In this document: one piece after another, positions 10,581 to 18,736 of the stretch
How positions within the stretch are numbered: the stretch's first letter is position 1
How the letters are laid out: each line of letters begins with the position of its first letter
DNA from: Pseudomonadota bacterium
GTDB lineage: Bacteria; Pseudomonadota; Gammaproteobacteria; Pseudomonadales; Moraxellaceae
Length of the DNA: 24,000 bases
Assembly (NCBI GenBank): GCA_052034295.1
Contig: JBPOIS010000036.1
Location: 4,394 to 28,393 of the forward strand
Reading direction: 5' to 3'
The notes under the pieces: generated by a model
What the model was told of the DNA's origin: nothing
Database searches by the model: none
What the model saw: the letters and a program-made list of their open reading frames with translations, nothing else
Made by a program: the position numbers and the translations under genes

Positions 10581-10784
10581 TCAGGGGCCGCTGGTGTGCT
10601 GGATGGTGGTCACGTGGTGCTGGCTGAACCCCACCCACCACACACCGCCCACCCACGCCACACTGCCCAGGGTGATCAGCGCCACCCCGTGCACTGTGCA
10701 CCATGCGCGCAGCTCACCCCGGTGCCAGCCCAGACAGGGCGGCATGGCCCCGGGTGCCGTGTGGTTTTGACGGTCAGGGTTCAT
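10581..10784 (-). CDS. small hypothetical membrane protein, translationally coupled to creD
   Basis: 67 aa starting at Met 8 of track ORF 10581..10805 (MNPDRQNHT...). Its ATG (10784-10782) overlaps the creD stop (10783-10781) as ATGA. It has one Trp/Gly-rich hydrophobic helix (VALITLGSVAWVGGVWWVGF) and high third-position GC. Confidence 0.45.
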   Translation of the reverse strand: MNPDRQNHTAPGAMPPCLGWHRGELRAWCTVHGVALITLGSVAWVGGVWWVGFSQHHVTTIQHTSGP

Positions 10785-12211
10785 ACCTCTGTCTCCCCGA
10801 CACAATCCGGAGCGGCACTGGCCAGCATCGGGGCCTCCGGCTGATCCAGCCCATACCAGTCCACCCGGCGGGTGACGAACATCACCACTGCAATCAGCAC
10901 AAACACCAGCACCGAACCCATCATCAGCGTGTAGTCCTCCGAAGACAGCAACAGGTAGGTGGTGCCATACAGCGCCGACAACCCAGCCGCCAGCATCAGG
11001 CCGCGCCGCCAGCCGCCCAGCACCTGCGCCACATACCAGCCGATCAGCCCCACACAGGCCAGACAGCCGCCCAGATAGGCCCCGGCAAAGCCCACCACCT
11101 CACCAAACGACAGCACCAGCCCATAAAACACCGCCAGCGCCGCGCCCACCAGCCCATACTGGATCGGGTGCACGCGCCAGCCATGCAGGATTTCCACCAG
11201 AAAAAAAGTCCCAAAGGTCATCAGCACCAGCAGCATGGCGTATTTCAGGCTGCGGTCGGTCAGGGTGTACACCGACACCGGATTCACCCACGTCACGCTC
11301 AGGCTGCGGAACGTCTGCGCCGACGCTGCTGGCGAGATCAGCCCCTCTGGGTCTGCCAAACGGGCCTGTGAGGGGGGGACAGGCTGCGGCTGATTGAGCA
11401 GGCGGTTGTTTTCGACATTCAGATAGCTGGTGTGCCACTGTGCGCTGAAGTCCCGGGCGGTCAGCGTCTTCTGGCTGGGCAGGCTGTCGCCGTCAAAGTG
11501 CGGATGCGGCCAGTTCGACTGCAGGCGCACCTGACTGCCCTGCCCCAGCGGCACCAGACTCAGCCGCTGGATACCGTTCAGGGCCAGTTGCAGCTGCACC
11601 GGCCATTGGGCAGGCCGGGCACTGGCCAGCAGTCCGCCCAGCGGCAGGGTCACCCACTGGCCCTGTATGTCGTCCGGGGCGCCGTTTTCAGCAAATTCAA
11701 ACACATGGCGCTGATCATTCGCCACCAGCACCGGCAGCTGGTCCAGGCCGCGCAGGTCAGTCACCCCCAGCCACAGTTGCGCCCGGCGCCAGTCGAGGCT
11801 GTGCCCGGCAGCCTGGGCTTTTTGCTCAGCCTGTTGCAGTGGATACTGGGTGTCCAGTTGCCACCGGGCCTGCCAGGCCAGCACGCGGTAGGCATTGCGG
11901 CGGTAGCGCTGCCCATCCACCAGGGCTTTGCCCTGCCACCGGCTCTGCAGCGGCACGATCTGTCGCCATGCCGTCATGGCACAGGACTGGCGCGGGTCCT
12001 GCACACAGGGCTGCTGCCACTGTTCAGGCACACGGATGAATGGGGTGATCAACCGCTGCGGCTGCACCTGACTGCGGCCCACATCCTGCTGCAATTGCTG
12101 CTGGTAGCGCTCACGCTCATGGATCAGCCCGCGCACCATCGCGAACACCACCAGCATCACCCCACACAGCAGCCCGATCACCAAGACCTTGCCCATCAAC
12201 ACGGAACGCAT
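10781..12211 (-). CDS. creD: cell-envelope integrity inner-membrane protein CreD
   Basis: 476-aa ORF with an N-terminal TM, a large periplasmic domain and a C-terminal multi-TM block. LQSNWPHPHFDGDSLPSQ...FSAQWHTSYL closely matches my recollection of E. coli CreD (LTSNWPHPSFLGDFLPAK...FQAHWQSSWF). It lies directly downstream of creBC. GGGGAG SD is present. Confidence 0.92.
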   Translation of the reverse strand: MRSVLMGKVLVIGLLCGVMLVVFAMVRGLIHERERYQQQLQQDVGRSQVQPQRLITPFIRVPEQWQQPCVQDPRQSCAMTAWRQIVPLQSRWQGKALVDGQRYRRNAYRVLAWQARWQLDTQYPLQQAEQKAQAAGHSLDWRRAQLWLGVTDLRGLDQLPVLVANDQRHVFEFAENGAPDDIQGQWVTLPLGGLLASARPAQWPVQLQLALNGIQRLSLVPLGQGSQVRLQSNWPHPHFDGDSLPSQKTLTARDFSAQWHTSYLNVENNRLLNQPQPVPPSQARLADPEGLISPAASAQTFRSLSVTWVNPVSVYTLTDRSLKYAMLLVLMTFGTFFLVEILHGWRVHPIQYGLVGAALAVFYGLVLSFGEVVGFAGAYLGGCLACVGLIGWYVAQVLGGWRRGLMLAAGLSALYGTTYLLLSSEDYTLMMGSVLVFVLIAVVMFVTRRVDWYGLDQPEAPMLASAAPDCVGETEV

Positions 12212-12288
12212 GATTTTTTTCTCCCCTTCTGGTGAGCGCCAGTGTGGCGGGCGGGCAAGGGAAATCCGTGAAGTGATCCGGCACGGCT

Positions 12289-12304
12289 GTGAAATGGCGG
12301 TGAA
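12289..12304 (-). promoter_or_regulatory. CreB-binding cre tag (TTCAC-N6-TTCAC) upstream of creD
   Basis: The plus strand reads GTGAAatggcgGTGAA, so the minus strand reads TTCACcgccatTTCAC, an exact match to the direct-repeat consensus described for E. coli CreB. It sits in the creC-creD gap, 77 nt upstream of the creD ATG. A third TTCAC half-site lies at 12268-12272 (minus strand). Confidence 0.6.
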
Positions 12305-12325
12305 ATCTGTGTGCCAGACCGGCCC

Positions 12326-13771
12326 TCAGGACACAGGCAGCTCCAGCAGCACGCTCACCTGCAGGCCCTGCGCCTGCAGCTGCGCCTGTCCGCCATGACG
12401 CTGCATCACCTCGGCGACCAGCGTCAGGCCGATGCCGCTGCCCTTGCGGCCATCGCGGCGCGGCAGGGAAAAATACCGCTCAAAGGCCCGCGTCAGCACA
12501 TAGTCCGGCAGTGGGGCCGCCACGGCATTGCTGATCCGGACCTGGACCCGCGCCCCCTGCGGTTGCACCGCCACCTGCACCACACTGCCCGGCGAGGCGA
12601 AATCCAGCGCATTGTCGAGTACATTGCCCAGTGCCTGCCCCAGCCAGAACGGCTCGGCCTGCACCCACAGCGGGTCCGGCCCGGCACACTGCCACTGCAA
12701 CTGGCGCTGTCGGGCCAGCTGTGCGCGGGACTGCCATTGCTGGCGCAACAGCGCCATCAGGTCCACCGGCTGCCGCTCAAAGGGCTGGCGCTGGTTTTCC
12801 AGCCGGGTCAGCAGCAGCATGCGCTCCACCAGCCCATGCAGGCGCTGGCTCTGCTGCAGGACGTTGTTGCTCAGACGCTGCCGATCCTCAAGCGCCAGCG
12901 GCTCAGCCAGCAGCTCGGCACTGGCGGCAATCGCGGTCAGCGGGCTTTTCAGCTCATGGGTCAGGGTCTGCACATAGCGTTCGACGTAGTGGCGGTTTTC
13001 CAGCGTGTCGCGCATCTGGGCGATGCTGGCCGAGAGCTCATTCAGCTCCCGGGCCAGATAAAAATGCGGCGCCTGCCGGGCCGTCCCCAGCAGTGACAGT
13101 GCATAGCGGCGCACCCGTTGCAGGCTGTCCCGCACCCACAGCGCCACCCCGGTCAGCAGCAGCGCCATCAGCAGCAGCGCCCAGCCGATTCGCTGCAGCA
13201 GCGCGGTTCTGGCACTGTCCAGATACTGCTGCACCGACAGGGCCGGTTTGCCGAGGCTGAGCACCCCGATCAGTCGGCCCTGATGTACGATGGGGGCCCC
13301 GACATACATCACCGAACTGCGGTCATCCCCGGGTGTGCTGCGGGTGCTGCGGACCCCGTACCGGCCCCGAAGGGTCAGGTACACGTCATTCCAGCGGGAA
13401 AAATCCGCCCCCACCGACCGTCCGGTGGAGTCATACAGCACCCGCCCCTGGGCATTGGTGATGTACAGCCGGGTACGCACCTGATTTTTTTCAAACTGCC
13501 AGATCCGCGCGTTGAGCGGCTGCCTGAGCACGGTCTGGATGCGGGCGTCAAAATCCGGCTGCCGGACCCGTCCCTGCGCCACATCTTCGGCCACCCAAAC
13601 CGCCAACAGCCGACTGCTGTCCACCAGGGTGTCCTCCACCGACTGGCGCAGCAGGGGTTTGATCTGGCTTTCCAGCCCGATCAGCAACACGGCCCCACCC
13701 AGCGCCAGAATCAGCGCCAGTGCCAGCCAGATGCGAAAAAAAATCGACAGCTGCGGTCTGCCCACCTCCAT
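12326..13771 (-). CDS. creC: two-component sensor histidine kinase CreC
   Basis: Frame of track ORF 12326..13966. Start moved to ATG 13771 (MEVGRPQLSIFFRIWLALALILALGG), 11 nt after the creB stop; the longer ORF would overlap creB. H-box LTHELKSPLTAI, N-box NVLDNALDF, G-box GSGIGLTLV. Two TM helices flank a periplasmic domain, as in CreC. Confidence 0.9.
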   Translation of the reverse strand: MEVGRPQLSIFFRIWLALALILALGGAVLLIGLESQIKPLLRQSVEDTLVDSSRLLAVWVAEDVAQGRVRQPDFDARIQTVLRQPLNARIWQFEKNQVRTRLYITNAQGRVLYDSTGRSVGADFSRWNDVYLTLRGRYGVRSTRSTPGDDRSSVMYVGAPIVHQGRLIGVLSLGKPALSVQQYLDSARTALLQRIGWALLLMALLLTGVALWVRDSLQRVRRYALSLLGTARQAPHFYLARELNELSASIAQMRDTLENRHYVERYVQTLTHELKSPLTAIAASAELLAEPLALEDRQRLSNNVLQQSQRLHGLVERMLLLTRLENQRQPFERQPVDLMALLRQQWQSRAQLARQRQLQWQCAGPDPLWVQAEPFWLGQALGNVLDNALDFASPGSVVQVAVQPQGARVQVRISNAVAAPLPDYVLTRAFERYFSLPRRDGRKGSGIGLTLVAEVMQRHGGQAQLQAQGLQVSVLLELPVS

Positions 13772-13782
13772 GGCCCTGTGCT

Positions 13783-14550
13783 TCAGGCCACGGGAGGCGC
13801 GGGGCGCAGGCTGTAACCCAGCCCCCGGTGGGTCTCGATCGGGTCTTCTCCCGGGGCAATCGCCCGCAGCTTGTGGCGCAGGGTTTTGATGTGACTGTCC
13901 ACCGTACGGTCCAGGCTGTGCTCCGGATGGTCCCAGACCTGCTGCATCAACTGCTCGCGCGACCACACCCGCCCCGGATGGCGCAGCAGCAGCACCAGCA
14001 GGCGCAGCTCATAGCGGGTCAGGTTCAGCAGCCGGGCATGGTAGTGTACCTGCAGGCGCAGCGGATCAAACTGCCACGCACCCCAGGCCAGCGCACGGCC
14101 CAGATCCAGCGGGACCAGGGTCTGGCCTGTGGATAAACCTGTGGATAACTCAGCCGGAGGTGTCGGGGCCAGTTCACCCTCGGGACGGCTGCGCCGCCAG
14201 ATCGCCTTGATGCGGGCGACCAGCTCCCGGGGGCTGAAGGGCTTGCTGCAGTAATCATCGGCCCCCAGCTCCAGCCCGAGCACCCGCTCCAGCTCCTCCG
14301 AGCGGGCCGTCAGGAACAGCACCGGCACCCGGGACTGCTGGCGGATCTGTCGGCACAGGGTGTAGCCATCGCCATCGGGCAGGCCCACATCGAGAATCAC
14401 CGCATCCAGCGACACCGGCTGTTGCAGCAGCCGGGCGGCCTGCTCGACCGTGCTGTGCCAGATCACCTGCCAGCCTTCGCGGCGCAGGGCCATCTGCAGG
14501 GGATCGGCAATGCCGGGATCATCCTCAACCAACAAGATATTTTTGGGCAT
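13783..14550 (-). CDS. creB: two-component response regulator CreB (OmpR/PhoB family)
   Basis: 255 aa. Receiver domain (ILLVEDD, ILDVGLPDGDG, SKPFSPREL) plus winged-helix output (LTRYELRLLVLLLRHPGRVWSREQL...RTVDSHIKTLRHKL...GLGYSL). Adjacent to creC and creD. The inter-domain linker is longer than I would expect for this family. Confidence 0.92.
   Translation of the reverse strand: MPKNILLVEDDPGIADPLQMALRREGWQVIWHSTVEQAARLLQQPVSLDAVILDVGLPDGDGYTLCRQIRQQSRVPVLFLTARSEELERVLGLELGADDYCSKPFSPRELVARIKAIWRRSRPEGELAPTPPAELSTGLSTGQTLVPLDLGRALAWGAWQFDPLRLQVHYHARLLNLTRYELRLLVLLLRHPGRVWSREQLMQQVWDHPEHSLDRTVDSHIKTLRHKLRAIAPGEDPIETHRGLGYSLRPAPPVA
14126..14149. repeat. 12-bp tandem duplication inside the creB linker
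   Basis: CCTGTGGATAAA (14126-14137) and CCTGTGGATAAC (14138-14149) match at 11 of 12 positions. On the minus strand they encode LSTG-LSTG, using TTA Leu codons that are unusual for this GC-rich sequence. Confidence 0.8.
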
Positions 14551-14694
14551 GGTGGCATCCTGTACAAACCAGACTGCCCCCGTTCAGACAGAAGCAGACA
14601 GGCGGCCCAGCCCCCACAGTCTAGCCGCAAAACGGCTGTACGGGACACGGCACCACGCTTCGACGGGGCGTCTGGTGCTCAGGACAGGCGGGGC

Positions 14695-16395
14695 TCAGGG
14701 CCGCAGGGCCGCCGCAGACAATTGTGGCCACAGCGGTGACCAGCTGCCTTCACAGGGCGCATGGGCCACCCCCTGCAGCACTTCGTTGAGGATCTGCAGG
14801 CCAATCAGCCAGAAAGCCAGCTGACGGTCCGGCTGATCAGCGTGCATGGGCAGCATCGACAGGAACAGCATGGCTTCGAGGATTTTCAGGTCCTCGACGC
14901 GATGCCCTCGGGCCAGCAGCGCCTCACAGAACCAGTGGCGCAGCCGGTCCAACTGGTGATTGCGTGGCAGGCGCAGCTCAAAGCTCACCCCATCCTGCTG
15001 CACACTGAACAGGTCATGGATGATGAAATCATACTGGCCATGCACCGAATGCAGCAGTTTGGCCAGGTCATAGCGTGGATCGCCACAGTTCACCGAGCCC
15101 AGAAAATCGCCCCGTGGATCAATCAGCCGCACCATGCCGCTGGCAGGCTCCAGCAGGATGTTGGAAAAACACAGGTCGCCATGCACAAAACCCGGCCTTG
15201 CACGGCTGCACAGCTGCGCCACCCGCGTTTCCAGCTGGGGCATGAGCCGGGGCAGGCCCTCCAGCGCCACCCCGTTGACCCAGATCCGTGGCGCCTGTAA
15301 CAGATTCTGCAGGGCGGGCTGCGCCACGGCCGCCAGACGCTCCTGCAGCTTGCCCAGATAAAAACGGTTCAGGGCAATGGCAAACTCGGCCCCCTGCGGA
15401 TAGGCGGGCGGCACATCCAGCTGGTTCAGTGACCAGTCGGCGAACTGCCCCTGCAGGTCCAGCACATGGCCCAGTGCCCGCTGCCACACCGCGTCCGGCA
15501 AGGCATAAAACACCCAGTGCTGCGACAGCGAGGCAAAGGGAAAGAACTCCAGCTCATAGCCCAGACGCTGGCCATGGTCCCACTCGCCCAGCAGGCGGGG
15601 AAAATACAGGCGCAGCCCATCCGGCAGACGCTGATAAAACTCAATTTCACGGGCGATCTTGTGGCGCTGGCTGGACTGCTTGGACACCCGACCCTGCACT
15701 GGATCAATGCGCACCTCGTTGAAGCTGCGCGATGCAATGCCGGTGCTCAGTGCCGTCGCCTGACAATCCTGACAGGCCAGATCCGGCAGCGCGGGCGCAG
15801 CCTGCCACTGCTGGCGCAGCCAGCTCACCGCCGCACTGAAAGAACCCTGAAGCAGGTCACGCAAGGTACGGCAGGCCGCCGGGTCCAGCCACAGGCCACA
15901 AAACAGCGGCACATCTTCAGCACTGGCCATGCCGGGCTGCTGCCACACCGAAATGGCTTCACTGCGCTGCCGGTTCAGGTCCAGTTGCCGACTGTCGCAG
16001 AGCTGGTCCAGATTCTGCAGCCAGAGCCCGCCGCGACAGTCATACACCGACAGCACCTGTTGCAGCAGCTGCGTCACCTGCTCCAGCGCCAGGGTCTGGG
16101 CACGGTGGCGCAGGGACAGCTGATGACGCTGCAAATCAATCTGGCAGCCGAGCACCCGCGACCACTCGGGCAGCTGGCTGAGCAACAGGTCATCGGGGTT
16201 GGGCAGCAACAGCACCACATGGTGCACCCCCTGGGCCTTCAGGGTCTGAATCTGCCGGTACACCAGCGGCTGGCCGGCCCGCATCGTCCAGGACTGTGAA
16301 AAACTGGCCAAAGCCCGCTGTTCACGTGCACCCAGACGCTGTGGATCAAACAACACCGCCAGCGGCTTCGACAACGAAGGGGGATTCGTGTGCAT
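14695..16395 (-). CDS. nucleotidyltransferase-like / APH-ChoK-family phosphotransferase (kinase) fusion protein
   Basis: 566-aa ORF. The C-terminal half has the aminoglycoside/choline-kinase catalytic motifs FVHGDLCFSNILL...VRLIDPRG and GDPRYDLAKLLHS. The N-terminal ~120 aa resemble sugar-1-phosphate nucleotidyltransferases (LAVLFDPQRLGAR...MRAGQPLVYRQIQTLKAQGVHHVVLL), but the Gly-rich loop is not intact. Confidence 0.75.
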   Translation of the reverse strand: MHTNPPSLSKPLAVLFDPQRLGAREQRALASFSQSWTMRAGQPLVYRQIQTLKAQGVHHVVLLLPNPDDLLLSQLPEWSRVLGCQIDLQRHQLSLRHRAQTLALEQVTQLLQQVLSVYDCRGGLWLQNLDQLCDSRQLDLNRQRSEAISVWQQPGMASAEDVPLFCGLWLDPAACRTLRDLLQGSFSAAVSWLRQQWQAAPALPDLACQDCQATALSTGIASRSFNEVRIDPVQGRVSKQSSQRHKIAREIEFYQRLPDGLRLYFPRLLGEWDHGQRLGYELEFFPFASLSQHWVFYALPDAVWQRALGHVLDLQGQFADWSLNQLDVPPAYPQGAEFAIALNRFYLGKLQERLAAVAQPALQNLLQAPRIWVNGVALEGLPRLMPQLETRVAQLCSRARPGFVHGDLCFSNILLEPASGMVRLIDPRGDFLGSVNCGDPRYDLAKLLHSVHGQYDFIIHDLFSVQQDGVSFELRLPRNHQLDRLRHWFCEALLARGHRVEDLKILEAMLFLSMLPMHADQPDRQLAFWLIGLQILNEVLQGVAHAPCEGSWSPLWPQLSAAALRP

Positions 16396-16800
16396 GATGA
16401 AGGCGCGATCAAGGACGCAATGGTTTTTATTAATACGACCTTAACTCACCATTGACTCAGGTCACCAGTGTGACTGTGTACAAATCTTGCAAATCATGCA
16501 GGGTCCATGCAGCACAGGCCGAGCGGACAGCATCCACCGGCACGCCCCAGTGTCTGGGCCAGCCTTCAGCAGGATTTTTTTCTGGTTTGCTGCACGCACG
16601 GGATGGCCGCCTGACCGACGGCCAGTGCGCTTGCTGCAGTATTTTTTCAAAAAAAACCTCTGGACTGTGGAGGGGCCTCCTTGTGCTTGTGGGTCCCGTC
16701 CACGCGGTCCGGGCGCTGTACAATATTGCCGACAGTCCGGACTGGCTGTTTACAAAAGAGGGTTTTATGCTGGACCCAATTGATTGACCTGACCTTTTTC

Positions 16801-17841
16801 ATGCGACCGTTTCTTGTTTGTGCCGCACTGTTGAGCCCTGTGACCCTGCAGGCTGCCGAGTCCGCCCCCGCAGCTTCCCTTTCCCCGGCCGCCACGGCCC
16901 CAGCGGCCCCGGAGACAGACGCCAACAGTCCTGGTGTGCTGGAACGCACTGCCGACTGGATTGACCGCAACCGTGATGAGGTGCGCCAGCGCCTGCAACA
17001 GCAGGCCCACCGCATGGACCACTGGTTTGGCGACCAGTACAATCCGGAGGCCCGTGCCCACCTGACGGTGTTCATGGACCACAGCTGGAACGAGTATGAT
17101 GGCTTTGACGCGCGGTTGCGGCTGCGTGGCAACGTCAAGCTGCCCAATGCCAAAAACCGCCTGCGGCTGGTGTTTGGCGATGACCTGATTGAAGAAGAAC
17201 AGCGCCTGAATTTGCCCACCACGGGACGTGCCCCCGCCGCCAGCAAACAGACCAGCCTGCCCCGCCCCTCGCAGGTGAATGACCAGGCCCGGCGTGACAA
17301 CGCCTCGGTGGCGCTACGCCTGCTCGGCGACGCGGGCCGGGGCATCGACACCGATCTGGATCTGGGGGTGCGCTCGGGCACGGACATTTACATCCGGGGC
17401 CGTGCCGACAAGGTGTGGTGGCCTGAGCCGGAATACCGTGTGCTGCTGGGTCAGACCCTGCGTTATGGCAGCAAGAGCCGTGAATACGCCCGCACCGATG
17501 TGCAGGTGGACTATTTGCCCGCCGATCAGGTCGGCAGCACCCTGCTGTCCACCTATACCTTTGCCCATGAACAGCGTGACCTGGGGGTCAGCTATGCCCA
17601 CCGGCTGTCGAAGACCCGCCACTACTGGGAAGGACAGGACCTGACCTATGGGGTACTGGCCGGGGGACACATCCGCGACACGGCCCTTCGGCTGGACAGT
17701 TATGGTCCGTTTGTGAGCTGGCGGCAACCGGTCTGGCGCGAGTGGTTTTTTGTACGTGGGGATTTGAACTACTTCAACGACCGGCTGGCCCACCGTGACC
17801 ACCACCTGTCGGCACTGCTGCGGCTGGAAGCGCAATTCTAG
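16801..17841 (+). CDS. predicted outer-membrane beta-barrel protein (hypothetical)
   Basis: Frame of track ORF 16681..17841, with start moved to ATG 16801. Signal peptide MRPFLVCAALLSPVTLQA-AE. The C-terminal two thirds show alternating hydrophobic/polar strands rich in Y, R, D and G. The protein ends in ...LLRLEAQF, and a C-terminal Phe is typical of the OMP beta-signal. Confidence 0.65.
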   Translation: MRPFLVCAALLSPVTLQAAESAPAASLSPAATAPAAPETDANSPGVLERTADWIDRNRDEVRQRLQQQAHRMDHWFGDQYNPEARAHLTVFMDHSWNEYDGFDARLRLRGNVKLPNAKNRLRLVFGDDLIEEEQRLNLPTTGRAPAASKQTSLPRPSQVNDQARRDNASVALRLLGDAGRGIDTDLDLGVRSGTDIYIRGRADKVWWPEPEYRVLLGQTLRYGSKSREYARTDVQVDYLPADQVGSTLLSTYTFAHEQRDLGVSYAHRLSKTRHYWEGQDLTYGVLAGGHIRDTALRLDSYGPFVSWRQPVWREWFFVRGDLNYFNDRLAHRDHHLSALLRLEAQF

Positions 17842-17878
17842 GCCCCGCCCACTGCGGTCCTGACGCACCCTTGGAGCT

Positions 17879-18736
17879 TCAGTCTGCGCTGGTATAGTCC
17901 CGTTCGCGCCACCACAGCGTGGCAATGTACTTGGTGCCCTCGATGACCGGCAGCCCCGCATGCAGGGTGCGCCGGTCCGGTGTGCCTTCCGCCTGGACAT
18001 TGATGAAGCACAGGGCACTGCCCCGGTGAGGCTGGATGGTCAGCCCCAGCTCCGGAAAAGATGTGCCCCCGCCAGCGGCCACGTCAGACAGGTACAGGAC
18101 CACGGTCAGCACCCGCTGTCCCCCTTTGGCCAGATGGCGCGCACTGCCGCCCAGCGCCGGGTCAAAAAAATCAAAGTGCGCCCGGTATTCGCCGCCCGGC
18201 TGATAGCACAGCACCTGCATGCCCTCCAGCCGCTCCACCGGATAATCCAGCCACTGGCCGATGCGCCGCTCGATCTGGTCCGCCAGCACCTGGGTGCGCC
18301 GGGGAAACCCCGTGCCCACGCTGCTACGGCGCTGGTCCAGCACCGCCCCGCCACCCTGGTCCTCGACCACGGTGGAGCTTTGCAGCTGCGGCTGGGCCAG
18401 GGCAATGAGGGCCTCACACTCTGCTCCGGTCAGCACGCCATCCAGCAGCACCACCACCGGCTGGCTCAGCTGCAGGCGAATGCGCGGCTGCAGGCCATCA
18501 CAGGGCTCCAGCTGGTTGCGGCCCAGTCGGCGGATCGGCTCCGCCAGCAGCGCATAGGGCCGGTCCGGCAGCTGGCCGCCATGTGCGGTCAACTGCGCCG
18601 CCGTCTGGTCGATCAGGTCGCCAAAACCGTTCTGGCGCAGGGTGTCCAGCAGCTGGTCGGGATCACAGCCGCGCTGCAGGTTGTCGTGCAGCCAGTGTTG
18701 CCAGACCTCGGGCAGGTGTTGTGAAAATGCACTCAT
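17879..18736 (-). CDS. 2-oxoglutarate/Fe(II)-dependent oxygenase, prolyl 4-hydroxylase family
   Basis: Frame of track ORF 17879..18754. ATG 18736 (MSAFSQ) is preferred over TTG 18754. P4H core with H-x-D (RAHFDFF), distal His (RTLHAGLPV) and 2OG-binding Lys (GTKYIATLWW). An extra ~90-aa N-terminal region (PEVWQHWLHDNLQRGCDPDQLLDTLRQNGF...) precedes it. Confidence 0.85.
   Translation of the reverse strand: MSAFSQHLPEVWQHWLHDNLQRGCDPDQLLDTLRQNGFGDLIDQTAAQLTAHGGQLPDRPYALLAEPIRRLGRNQLEPCDGLQPRIRLQLSQPVVVLLDGVLTGAECEALIALAQPQLQSSTVVEDQGGGAVLDQRRSSVGTGFPRRTQVLADQIERRIGQWLDYPVERLEGMQVLCYQPGGEYRAHFDFFDPALGGSARHLAKGGQRVLTVVLYLSDVAAGGGTSFPELGLTIQPHRGSALCFINVQAEGTPDRRTLHAGLPVIEGTKYIATLWWRERDYTSAD

Noticed and set aside
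10703-12235. Plus-strand ORFs of 222 aa and 267 aa
   Set aside because: They are antisense to creD and encode His/Gln/Pro/Arg-rich low-complexity products.
13772-13966. 65-codon upstream extension of creC
   Set aside because: It would overlap the 3' end of creB by about 180 nt and encodes Pro/Gly/Ala-rich sequence. The CreC-like N-terminus with its TM helix begins at ATG 13771.
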